Of a stretch of DNA of 64,000 nucleotides, positions 28,602-37,780 are shown one piece after another; the stretch's first letter is position 1, and every line of letters starts with the position of its first letter. Both the position numbers and the translations under genes were made by a program. Under the pieces are notes generated by a model that saw only the letters and a program-made list of their open reading frames with translations, was not told the DNA's origin and searched no databases. Source of the stretch: a bacterium UBP8_UBA817 (GTDB lineage Bacteria > Margulisbacteria > Marinamargulisbacteria > SXXA01 > SICP01); the NCBI GenBank assembly GCA_945898045.1, contig CAMDGG010000005.1, forward strand, positions 13,298-77,297. The letters run 5' to 3'.

Positions 28602-29939
28602 TTAAATTGCTTGATAAAAGGTCTCCGCCACCAAAATACCCTTCTTAAAATTCACCAAAGAAAACTGCTCATTCGGCGCGTGGATTTTATCTTCAGGTAA
28701 ATTCAGCCCCATCAACACAGGCGAAAGCCCCAGTAGTTTTTGAAACGTCGTCAAGACAGGAATAGACCCACCCTCACCCTGCAAAACAGGTTTAACACCC
28801 CATACAGATTCCAACGCCTTCAAAGCCGCCTGAACCCCCACATCATCCGAATCCACCCGCACTGCCCCAGCTTCGTGCCCAGCCGTTAAGTTTTGCACAG
28901 TTACGGATGCATACGCGGGCGCAAGAGAATTTAAATAGGCTTCAACTTGCTTAGCCACTTTGAGAGGATCTTGATTGGCCACCAAACGACAACTCAGCTT
29001 CGCAAACGCTTCACACGTAATCACTGTCTTAGCACCTTCACCGGTATAACCGCCCTGAATACCATTGATATCCAACGTAGGTCTATACCAACGTCGCTCT
29101 AAAGCAGTATAGCCTTCTTCGCCAACTAAGCCAGTACATCCCAACGCATCTTGATACGCAGCTTCATCAAAATTTAACTGATCTAAACCATAATCAATCA
29201 CATCATCATAAAAACCAGGAATTAAAATACGACCCTTTTCATCTTTCAACTGAGAAAGAATCTCTACCAACACCTGAATGGCGTTAGGTACGGCGCCCCC
29301 ATGTTGGCCAGAATGGAGATCCGAATTAGCAGTCCTCACATCAATCTGAAAATAAACGAGCCCACGCAAACTCGTGCATACAGAGGGCTGATTACGTGCA
29401 AACATAGGCGTATCCGATACCACCAATAAATCTGCAGACAACAACTCCCGATGGGATTCAATAAATTTGGCTAAAGACGGGCTTCCAATCTCTTCTTCGC
29501 CTTCTATCAAAATTTTAATATTAACCGGCAACTCGCCAGTCTTTCTAAACAAACGCTCCAGGGCTTTAAAGTGACAAAAGATTTGTCCTTTATCATCAGA
29601 AACGCCACGCGCCACAAGCTGTCCATCACGAACAACAGGCTCAAACGCAGGACTTTGCCATAAATGCAAAGGCTCTGGGGGCTGGACATCGTAATGTCCG
29701 TAAAATAGCACCGTCGGTCGATCTGGCTTTTCTAACCATTCTGCATATACCACAGGAAATCCATCAGTTTCTAATCGTTCTACACGAGAAAATCCGGCAC
29801 GTTTCAAGGCCGATTTCACCCACTCTGCAGCCTCTCTAACAGACGATGCACACTTAGGATCAGTGCTCACACTGGGAATACGTAGAAACTCACAAAGCTC
29901 TTCTAGATAAACAGAAAAATCAGCATCAGAAATAGCCAT
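28602..29939 (-). CDS. M20-family metallopeptidase (dipeptidase-like)
   Basis: Motifs HYDVQP and GRGVSDDKGQ. Its ATG overlaps the ccsA stop (TAATG). Confidence 0.8.
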   Translation of the reverse strand: MAISDADFSVYLEELCEFLRIPSVSTDPKCASSVREAAEWVKSALKRAGFSRVERLETDGFPVVYAEWLEKPDRPTVLFYGHYDVQPPEPLHLWQSPAFEPVVRDGQLVARGVSDDKGQIFCHFKALERLFRKTGELPVNIKILIEGEEEIGSPSLAKFIESHRELLSADLLVVSDTPMFARNQPSVCTSLRGLVYFQIDVRTANSDLHSGQHGGAVPNAIQVLVEILSQLKDEKGRILIPGFYDDVIDYGLDQLNFDEAAYQDALGCTGLVGEEGYTALERRWYRPTLDINGIQGGYTGEGAKTVITCEAFAKLSCRLVANQDPLKVAKQVEAYLNSLAPAYASVTVQNLTAGHEAGAVRVDSDDVGVQAALKALESVWGVKPVLQGEGGSIPVLTTFQKLLGLSPVLMGLNLPEDKIHAPNEQFSLVNFKKGILVAETFYQAI

Positions 29940-31759
29940 TATTTTCTTTTAAAAATCTGTGGAGCAAACCCCAACCACATCACAAACAATTCAACAAAAC
30001 AAAACAATACCAACCACAAAAAAGCCTGATCCATAAACCCATAAGAATGTAACCCAACACCCAACATATTCACCCCAAACCAAGAAAACGCCGTAACGAT
30101 ATTGGCAAAAACAGCCATCACCATAAGCCCCCTTTCTTTAACCAATCCAGCCAATCGTGCATGCAAAATAATCGCCAACCAAAGCACAATCAACAATGCA
30201 CCATTTTCTTTAGGATCCCAGCCCCAAAAACGTCCCCAACTTTGATCTGCCCAAATACCACCTAAAATCGTACCCACCAAAGAAAAGAAAATAGCAAAAC
30301 ACGCCGTGCCAAAGACCATCGATTTTAAAGACTTTCGTTCGGCCTCATCAAAAGACGGACTAAGCATCGATTTGAAAATATAAATATGAGCCAAAATCCC
30401 CATTAAAAATGTACCGCCATATCCCATATTAATCGTCACGACATGCGTCGAAAGCCAAAAGTTAGAATCCAAAACGGCCTGCATCATTTCAAGCGTATCA
30501 CCCTGTATCGACAAGTGATGCGCAATAATCAGAGTCAAGAATCCAATAACCGCAGAAACCATCGTTCCGATTCCCTTCTTATGAATACGTTCCAAAAGAA
30601 TGCCAATAACAATCGCCACCCACCCCACAAAAACAGCCGAAGAATACAGATTCGTCACCGGGGGACGGCCTTGCAAATACATGCGTAATCCTAACCCTAC
30701 CGTATGAATTAAAAAGGCCAGCAACAACAATCGGAACGCTGTTTTCCCAAGAACATCGGGCCATTTTAGCCAAGACACCAACACCAAAAGCAACACCACT
30801 AAATACAAAACCATACTCTGATAGAACGGAGCAACACGATTAAAATACGTTTCCAATTTCATGCGAAACATCACATCAGGAAATTTCTTGGTGAGATATT
30901 CCGTATAGGAAGCAACGGCACGATTAAATCGACCTGAATCTTGATCTTGAAAAGCGGTTAATAATTCAGCATAAGAAATAATAGCCGGAGACAAGATATT
31001 GGATTTAAACATGCCCATTAAACCAGATCCCATAGACTGCCATTCGTCACCTACTTGATGAGGCGGAATAGGCGAAAAAAACGACGCCTGTGCCAAATAC
31101 TGATACTTCTTATAAAAAACCAATAGTCCATCTAAGACAAATCTGTCCTGCGCCGACAACGCATTAGGATCAGCATGTGCAACCATTAACGGCTTACCGG
31201 CATAAAGCGTCGATTGAAACGACATCAACTCCCGATCAAACGACCGCCATCCTTCCGCTTGCAAAGAATTCTTTAACTGGAAATACGTCATGAGCCGTTG
31301 GTACGTCAGCAACAACGCTCGTTGATACGCGTTACGTTGATTAGGCTCTACTTTACGCGCCAACTCTGCCTGCTGCTCTATCATTGGAACATACGGCAAG
31401 ATTTGTTTAAACGTATACGCATGACCGTCGTCCAATTTATGTCCGATCAGCGCCAAAACATCCGGATGATCAATCCGAAACGTCGGATAAGTATCTGTTA
31501 TATTAGGGCTCACCATGGCTTGCAACAACCACACATCCGGCAAAACTTTATCCTGATTTATACGCACGTTTTGCTTGCCATTCATAAACAACAACGCATT
31601 ACGCGCCACAGTATCTATGGGCTTAATTCGCCCGCCTTGCAGCACAGGAAACTGACCAAAATCATCCAAATTAAACGCGTCATGATAAGGGGAAACAAAT
31701 CCATAAGCCACCCACAAAACAGCCGAAAGTAAAACAATCCAAGACACCCAACGCTTCAT
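29939..31759 (-). CDS. ccsA: cytochrome c biogenesis protein CcsA (system II haem handling) with a long N-terminal extension
   Basis: WWD motif WGRFWGWDPKENGAL and multiple TM helices. Start refined to MKRWVSW, which forms an ATGA overlap with the ccsB stop. Confidence 0.8.
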   Translation of the reverse strand: MKRWVSWIVLLSAVLWVAYGFVSPYHDAFNLDDFGQFPVLQGGRIKPIDTVARNALLFMNGKQNVRINQDKVLPDVWLLQAMVSPNITDTYPTFRIDHPDVLALIGHKLDDGHAYTFKQILPYVPMIEQQAELARKVEPNQRNAYQRALLLTYQRLMTYFQLKNSLQAEGWRSFDRELMSFQSTLYAGKPLMVAHADPNALSAQDRFVLDGLLVFYKKYQYLAQASFFSPIPPHQVGDEWQSMGSGLMGMFKSNILSPAIISYAELLTAFQDQDSGRFNRAVASYTEYLTKKFPDVMFRMKLETYFNRVAPFYQSMVLYLVVLLLVLVSWLKWPDVLGKTAFRLLLLAFLIHTVGLGLRMYLQGRPPVTNLYSSAVFVGWVAIVIGILLERIHKKGIGTMVSAVIGFLTLIIAHHLSIQGDTLEMMQAVLDSNFWLSTHVVTINMGYGGTFLMGILAHIYIFKSMLSPSFDEAERKSLKSMVFGTACFAIFFSLVGTILGGIWADQSWGRFWGWDPKENGALLIVLWLAIILHARLAGLVKERGLMVMAVFANIVTAFSWFGVNMLGVGLHSYGFMDQAFLWLVLFCFVELFVMWLGFAPQIFKRK

Positions 31760-32712
31760 ACTGCAGATCTCCTCTTTAAATACCGAAGCAAATGCCATGA
31801 AAATTGATACAAGAGCCCCAAAGCCATCATAATCGAAGCAACATAAGGAAATATCCAACTGGGATTTTCAACCACCTGCAAAATAGACACTTTATCCCCT
31901 TCGGCAAAACTCGCTTGATAAAACGTCTTCCCACGAAAACGCAACGGCTGATTCATTGAAATCACCGCATCCCGCACTTCACCCGTTTTAAAATCTTTAA
32001 TATGTACCCGAGACGCAAATTCTTTAGGAATCGTTGTGCCCAAATATTGTTTATGCGTAAACGACTGCAATGTCACACTATAATCGTTATAGTAGCGGCG
32101 AGGCCGCACCACCAATTCATACTCTTTCACTTTCCAAGACTTTACTTGCCGCTCATAATTCATAGGTACTTGAATTGGAAACGGCAGCAACAAATCATTT
32201 AAAATTTGTCCCGGCACCAAACGTGCCTCAGGAATAGACCAAATCTGATCGTATTCTTTACCTTGTTTAATAATCGCCAACTCAATTTCATTAACATCTT
32301 CGCTATAAACAGCCGCTCCCCCAACATGAATCGGCATCTGACTTTCTGTCGACAAAAAGTGCGTCAATCCCGCCCCAACCAACAACACAATCAGTCCCAA
32401 ATGCACCAACCAAATACCCATCTTTGCCGCTTGAAACCGAAATCTCACCGCATGTGCACACACCAAATTAACCAGCAAAATCCCAGACAAGAATAGGCCA
32501 CTCGGGAACACCGGAATCAACTGGCCAGACCGCAAAGGCCACCAAACCAACCAGCCTTCAAAATACTTTTTCTGCATGCCATACAATCCCAAATGAACTT
32601 GATCTAACGTCGCCGAAAAAATCAAAATCATCACAAGTACCAAGCAAATAATCGTCAACTCAAGTGACGAAAGTGTTTTAAAAATACGGCGGAATTTCAA
32701 GTATTTATTCAT
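31756..32712 (-). CDS. ccsB: ResB/CcsB-like cytochrome c biogenesis protein
   Basis: N-terminal TM helices and the C-terminal MNQPLRFRGKTFYQ...VENPSW motif. Start refined to MNKYLKF. Confidence 0.7.
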   Translation of the reverse strand: MNKYLKFRRIFKTLSSLELTIICLVLVMILIFSATLDQVHLGLYGMQKKYFEGWLVWWPLRSGQLIPVFPSGLFLSGILLVNLVCAHAVRFRFQAAKMGIWLVHLGLIVLLVGAGLTHFLSTESQMPIHVGGAAVYSEDVNEIELAIIKQGKEYDQIWSIPEARLVPGQILNDLLLPFPIQVPMNYERQVKSWKVKEYELVVRPRRYYNDYSVTLQSFTHKQYLGTTIPKEFASRVHIKDFKTGEVRDAVISMNQPLRFRGKTFYQASFAEGDKVSILQVVENPSWIFPYVASIMMALGLLYQFSWHLLRYLKRRSAV

Positions 32713-33742
32713 TATTCTCAATTCTTTTTTTGGCAAGAGCAATTGCCTTATGAAGTTTTGTTTGCAAAATATCTCTTGAAGGCAACTCAGCAAAATATTC
32801 AGCAACACGAATACCACTTTTTTCTAATTCTAAAAGTTCAATAGTTTCATCATTTTTTCCAGCACACAATATTAAACCTATAGGTACATCTTCTCCAGGT
32901 TTCATATCATATTTTTGTAGCCAACGCAGATAAAGCTCCATTTGCCCTTTATCAGCTGGTTTGAAATCTCCCAACTTAAGTTCTATTGCTACTAATCGAT
33001 GCAGATACCGATGAAAAAACAATAAGTCTAGATAGTAATCATCATGATCAACTTGAATACGTTTTTGCCGTGCAACAAACGTAAACCCAGTCCCTAATTC
33101 TAAGATAAATGCTTCTATTTCACGCAGGATAGCATCTTCAATATCCTTTTCAATATACCGATCTTTCAAACCTAAAAAATCCAAAAAATAAGGATCTTTA
33201 AAAACCAAATCAGGTGTCATTTGATCACCTGCTCGCAAGCTATCTAATTCATGGCGAATAACAGTATCTGGCTTTTTAGAAAGCGCAGTCCGCTCAAAAA
33301 GCATACCCGAAATTTTTTTCTCGAGCGTCCTTGTACTCCACCGTTCGAGCCTGCACATTTCAGTATAAAAATCTCTTTTCAAGGAATCTTTCAGATAAAT
33401 AATTTGCTTTAAATGGGTCCAGCTCAATTGTCTCCGCAGTGCAGAGACAATTGCTTCATCTGGAAAAGCAGTAGCAAACGCAACCATATGGTGCAAATTT
33501 TTAGCAGAAAAACTTCGACCATAATCTAATTCTAATTGTCGCGCCAACAATACAACAATTTCCTTTCCATACTCCGCTCGTTTTCCTTTCAAAAAAGAGG
33601 TCTGAATACGACATCCAATATTCCAATACAACATGGTTAATTCTGCATTTACAGTTGCAGCAACGAAAACTCGAGCCTCATCAATAAGATGTCGAATTTC
33701 TTTAACAAATTTTTCTTCCACCATAGGTTTTAAGTCGCTCAT
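32705..33742 (-). CDS. DUF1016/YhcG-family PD-(D/E)xK nuclease
   Basis: 345 aa. N-terminal helical domain (LYWNIGCRI) and C-terminal DLLFFHRYLHRLVAIELKLG core. AT-rich. Overlaps both neighbours. Confidence 0.75.
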   Translation of the reverse strand: MSDLKPMVEEKFVKEIRHLIDEARVFVAATVNAELTMLYWNIGCRIQTSFLKGKRAEYGKEIVVLLARQLELDYGRSFSAKNLHHMVAFATAFPDEAIVSALRRQLSWTHLKQIIYLKDSLKRDFYTEMCRLERWSTRTLEKKISGMLFERTALSKKPDTVIRHELDSLRAGDQMTPDLVFKDPYFLDFLGLKDRYIEKDIEDAILREIEAFILELGTGFTFVARQKRIQVDHDDYYLDLLFFHRYLHRLVAIELKLGDFKPADKGQMELYLRWLQKYDMKPGEDVPIGLILCAGKNDETIELLELEKSGIRVAEYFAELPSRDILQTKLHKAIALAKKRIENNE

Positions 33743-34338
33743 AAAACCTTAAACTCCAAAGTAACCAGCATCTGCTCAAACTCTGGCAAAGCCCCCTGAA
33801 CAACAGACGTATCTCCACTCATCTTAAAGAACCACGTCTTGCCGGCATAAGAAAGCATGGCGGTATGTAATTGCTTATGTGCATTCGGCCCATCACTCGC
33901 ACCCTCAAGCGTAACCACCTGAAAGACATGTCCATTAATCGTCCGCTCTCGCACCAAAGCCTGCGCCCCAGCTTCATCCACGGGAGATAATCCCATCTGC
34001 GCACGCCAACGATTCACATTTGCCGCCAACGTTCCCACATCTCCAGGAAAGGCAGCAATCGTCAATTCAACCGACTCTGCCCCAGACACTTTTTTAAATC
34101 CAGCCAAACGCATCGCCACATCCGGCAACCGCTCCCAACCCTCAGGGGTTTTCCAAGAAATTTCAGAATCAGTCACAGAAGTCGCCTCCGAAACATGAGG
34201 CACATCGCGAAAAGAAACCGGCACAGAAGACATCGTAATCTGATCCCGATGACATCCCACTAAAAAAATCGAACTCACAAAAATAAAGAGACTAAAAAAA
34301 CGCAAGAAAATCTCCAAAAAATAACGGCAATAAACCAT
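33739..34338 (-). CDS. lipoprotein, unknown function
   Basis: A hydrophobic signal ends in LVGC. Start refined to the ATG at MVYCRYF, because the track start is a TTG. Noticeably GC-richer than the DUF1016 gene. Confidence 0.5.
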   Translation of the reverse strand: MVYCRYFLEIFLRFFSLFIFVSSIFLVGCHRDQITMSSVPVSFRDVPHVSEATSVTDSEISWKTPEGWERLPDVAMRLAGFKKVSGAESVELTIAAFPGDVGTLAANVNRWRAQMGLSPVDEAGAQALVRERTINGHVFQVVTLEGASDGPNAHKQLHTAMLSYAGKTWFFKMSGDTSVVQGALPEFEQMLVTLEFKVL

Positions 34339-34440
34339 CGGCAAAGTATCTCTTTAGGGAGGGTTTCGTCAAGAAAAATCCCTAAGCAAAAGAATTTTTA
34401 ATAAATAGGTATTTTTGCATTTTCAAAAGTTTGAAGTATA

Positions 34441-34800
34441 ATGCTCAGCTTCGGCAAAGATTTTAATAAAAATAATTTAAAAAAACCAAAATCACAGCGC
34501 AGTTTACATATTAGAAGACAAAACGGAGTTGAATTATTAATGATTAACTTGAAAATTTTATCTATACCCCACTCAATTGCAGATCAAGTAGGTCTAGATC
34601 CCAATTTACAAAGTCTCGTCGGTGACTCACTTAACCCACAATTTGAACGATTATATCAAATCAAGAAAAATACATCCCCAGCAGAACTTAAAAAATGTGC
34701 AACGGCAATGGTTTTATCGCAACTACTTCAACAAGGCACAACACCTTTATCAATCAATTTAATTAGATCATTGATGGGACCACTTTTAGTAATCAGCTAA
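34441..34800 (+). CDS. hypothetical small protein (start uncertain; the alternative MINLKIL at 34540 gives about 86 aa)
   Basis: ORF only. AT-rich. No motif. Confidence 0.25.
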   Translation: MLSFGKDFNKNNLKKPKSQRSLHIRRQNGVELLMINLKILSIPHSIADQVGLDPNLQSLVGDSLNPQFERLYQIKKNTSPAELKKCATAMVLSQLLQQGTTPLSINLIRSLMGPLLVIS

Positions 34801-34822
34801 AAAATACCGGCCCCTATTTTAA

Positions 34823-36331
34823 ATGAAAAAAATCATTTCTCAACCTCAAGTTTCTGATCACATAGATTTTGTATTAGGGCTACGCCATCCACTTCATGAT
34901 CAATACCAAAAAACGGGCTTAATACATCTAGCAAATTCGTCTTTTAAAGAAAAATTCCACTTCGAAGAATCAGATTTCCTGAATCCAATTTTCAAAACAA
35001 TTCTTCCGGCAATAATCATAGAATATCCAGAAGTAATAAGTACAGAAAATTTCATAACCGATTTAACAAAACTGGCAGGCCTAATTGTCGAAATAGTTGG
35101 ATCCATAACCAAACCTGAACTACTTAACCCAGAGGTAACATCAGACATACATAGCGCTTCAAAAATATATAAAGATCTCAAAGAAGCCCTTAGTAAAGAA
35201 TACCCGCATTTTAATGTGAGAAGTAAAAAACTTTTTTTATGGTGCTATACAGTTATAAACCAGTTAGTTTTTCGTCCACTAATGAATCTTCTACCGAAAG
35301 ATGATGAATCACAAAGAAAAATTCAAAGATTAGGAACTATCTCTGAAAAAATTGTTATCTTTGATACGCTAATTGATGACATCGCGGATTGTATAAAAGA
35401 TGCGTTTTTGCTTAAGAAATTTACAGAAATAGCAAGAGTCTCAAGTGAAGAATTAGCCCTACTCAAAAAAGAAGTTTCCGAGTACAAAAACGGTGTATAT
35501 AAAGACTACTTTGAATTTACATGCAAATTATGGGGAGAGATAAAACAGGGCTTAAGTGAGTTACTTGAAATCCCTAGCGTGCCAGAAACCTTCATTATCC
35601 ATGTTAAAGAATTAATGGAGACAATGCACTATTCCCTTCAATTAAATCTCTTACAAAAACTCCCTGAAGATTTTGCAGAAATGGAAACAAAACTATCTTC
35701 AAATATGATGGTTAAAATTTTATTTGACGCTCAATTAGCAGTAATAAAAAACACCATACACTTACAACTTCCGTCAGAAATACAATCGCAATTTGACGAA
35801 ATAGTAGAAATACTCGAAAAATCATTCCATCACGCCAATTGCTTCGCTACACACGAGCGAGAAACCATGGAAGAAGATATCACCAACTCACTATTTAAAA
35901 TTGCAGAGAGCTACTACAACGCCCAATTTTTAGACTGGTCAACAACACATCCTAAAGAACCTTTTGCAAATTACTTAAAAAGCGTGCCCTGCTTTTCAGA
36001 AATGATTCACAGCATTACAGCTTTAAATCCTTCAAACTACGGAGAGATTCTAATTAAACGTGAAGATGGCCTTGACAAAGATCGCAAAACTCTATTAATA
36101 GCCATGAATTCAAAGAAAGAAGTACACCAAAACTACTTCAGATTTTGCTGGCAAGAAAAAAATGAACATCTAATTCAAAAATTAGATGCGTTAAAGATGT
36201 CCGTAGACAAACCAGAACTAATCTTTGATAATAAACAAGGTTTAAAAGAAGCTTTTGAGGAATTAAAGCAGGTAAATAGAGTATTTTTATTACTCTATAT
36301 TGTTTTCTCGAAAATAAAGGGCGTAACATAA
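34823..36331 (+). CDS. hypothetical all-helical protein with DDxxD and N-x3-T-x3-E strings (possible class I isoprenoid-synthase-like fold)
   Basis: 502 aa. IVIFDTLIDDIAD at aa 178-189 and NCFATHERE at aa 339-347, about 154 aa apart. No RY pair was recognised. Confidence 0.3.
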   Translation: MKKIISQPQVSDHIDFVLGLRHPLHDQYQKTGLIHLANSSFKEKFHFEESDFLNPIFKTILPAIIIEYPEVISTENFITDLTKLAGLIVEIVGSITKPELLNPEVTSDIHSASKIYKDLKEALSKEYPHFNVRSKKLFLWCYTVINQLVFRPLMNLLPKDDESQRKIQRLGTISEKIVIFDTLIDDIADCIKDAFLLKKFTEIARVSSEELALLKKEVSEYKNGVYKDYFEFTCKLWGEIKQGLSELLEIPSVPETFIIHVKELMETMHYSLQLNLLQKLPEDFAEMETKLSSNMMVKILFDAQLAVIKNTIHLQLPSEIQSQFDEIVEILEKSFHHANCFATHERETMEEDITNSLFKIAESYYNAQFLDWSTTHPKEPFANYLKSVPCFSEMIHSITALNPSNYGEILIKREDGLDKDRKTLLIAMNSKKEVHQNYFRFCWQEKNEHLIQKLDALKMSVDKPELIFDNKQGLKEAFEELKQVNRVFLLLYIVFSKIKGVT

Positions 36332-36354
36332 TTTTCTACAACCTGGGGGGGCAC

Positions 36355-37719
36355 ATGTTAAGTATTTCTACGTCAGACCAAAAAAAAGTCTCCCCTGATA
36401 ATAAATCATTATTAGTAACACGCGTCAGCCGTTTCATTGCCATAATGGGCATTCCATACACTGTATTATTTTTAGTGTTAGGGCTCCCTATAGCAGCAGC
36501 ACATATGACCCTCTTATTTGGAATGACTATCATTTCCATATGGCTGACATCTCAAAAGCATATTAATACTGCAAAATATCTACTGATTACAAACGTGTCA
36601 TCAATGTTACTAATATATTCACTTCTATTAGGAAAAGAAGCGGGGGCTCCTTTAATATTTTTTCAAGTTATTGCCCTGCCACTTATTTTATTTTCACATC
36701 ACGAAAAACTAAATATTTTATTAGGATCTCTAATCCCAGTAACAGGCTGCTTTTTTTATGAATACACAAAATTAGTAGGCCGCCCAAATTTTCTTCTTAA
36801 CTTTCATGAACCAATCTCTATAGTTTCTCAAACGATTCTATTTGAGTTCGCAATAATTACCGCGTTTTTATTTACTTTTTATTTTGTATATTTCTATTTT
36901 CTATCAAACTATGAATCCGAAAAACAATTAATCATAAAAAACAAAGAACTAGAATTTGCACTCGAACAACTCCAACAAAAGAAAAAACAAGACGCCGAGC
37001 TAGCCATCGCCAAAGACATCTCCCTCAAGTTAATCCAAAAAAACTGGCCCAGAAAAGGTCCCGTCATCATGGACTACGTCTACCACCCCGCCACCCACGC
37101 CTCCGGTGACTATCTCATGACCAAACAATTCTCCGACAACGAACACGCCATCCTCATCGCTGACGTCGCAGGCCACGGACTCCCCGCCTGCCTCATGATG
37201 ACCTCCCTCAAAAGCCTGATCTCAACCATCATTTATAGAGGTCGCACCCCAGGTGAAATGCTCAACATGCTTAACAGCCTCGTCTACCATTCCGACGAAA
37301 TCACCAAACAAGCCCCTGTTTTATGTGGCATGATCAACATAGACAAAATGACCTTCACCTACGCCAACGGAGGGCACCAAGAAGGCTATGTCTTTTCTCC
37401 AACTACCGACAAATTTAAAAAACTCAAAAGCGGCGGACTTCCCATCGGCCTGTCCCATAATGCAAAGTACGAAGAACACACCATCTCCTTGCATCCCAAC
37501 GACGTCATCATCTTCTTCACCGATGGACTCAACGAAGGTAAAAACCCCAGAGGTACCCCCTTTGGCATTCCCAAACTAAAAGCCAAAATCCGAAAACACC
37601 TCGCTCACGCACACCACTCCAAACTCGCAACCAAACTCCACCGCTCATTCACCCACTTCAACGAAAACCAACCCACTAAAGACGACATTACTATTTTGAC
37701 GGCTTGGGTTAAGACCTAG
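36355..37719 (+). CDS. membrane-anchored PP2C/SpoIIE-family serine phosphatase
   Basis: N-terminal multi-TM half, a coiled linker, then PP2C motifs SGDYLM, IADVAGHGLPA, FFTDGLNEG and DDITIL. Confidence 0.8.
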   Translation: MLSISTSDQKKVSPDNKSLLVTRVSRFIAIMGIPYTVLFLVLGLPIAAAHMTLLFGMTIISIWLTSQKHINTAKYLLITNVSSMLLIYSLLLGKEAGAPLIFFQVIALPLILFSHHEKLNILLGSLIPVTGCFFYEYTKLVGRPNFLLNFHEPISIVSQTILFEFAIITAFLFTFYFVYFYFLSNYESEKQLIIKNKELEFALEQLQQKKKQDAELAIAKDISLKLIQKNWPRKGPVIMDYVYHPATHASGDYLMTKQFSDNEHAILIADVAGHGLPACLMMTSLKSLISTIIYRGRTPGEMLNMLNSLVYHSDEITKQAPVLCGMINIDKMTFTYANGGHQEGYVFSPTTDKFKKLKSGGLPIGLSHNAKYEEHTISLHPNDVIIFFTDGLNEGKNPRGTPFGIPKLKAKIRKHLAHAHHSKLATKLHRSFTHFNENQPTKDDITILTAWVKT

Positions 37720-37741
37720 AAGGATCTAAGTATACTACTCT

Positions 37742-37770
37742 TTGACATCCGTAATATCAAAAGGTAGACT
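37742..37770 (+). promoter_or_regulatory. sigma70-like promoter TTGACA-17-TAGACT ending 10 nt upstream of the ATPase ATG
   Basis: Hexamers read directly. No Shine-Dalgarno sequence lies between the -10 element and the ATG at 37781. Confidence 0.35.
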
Positions 37771-37780
37771 TTGAATAATC

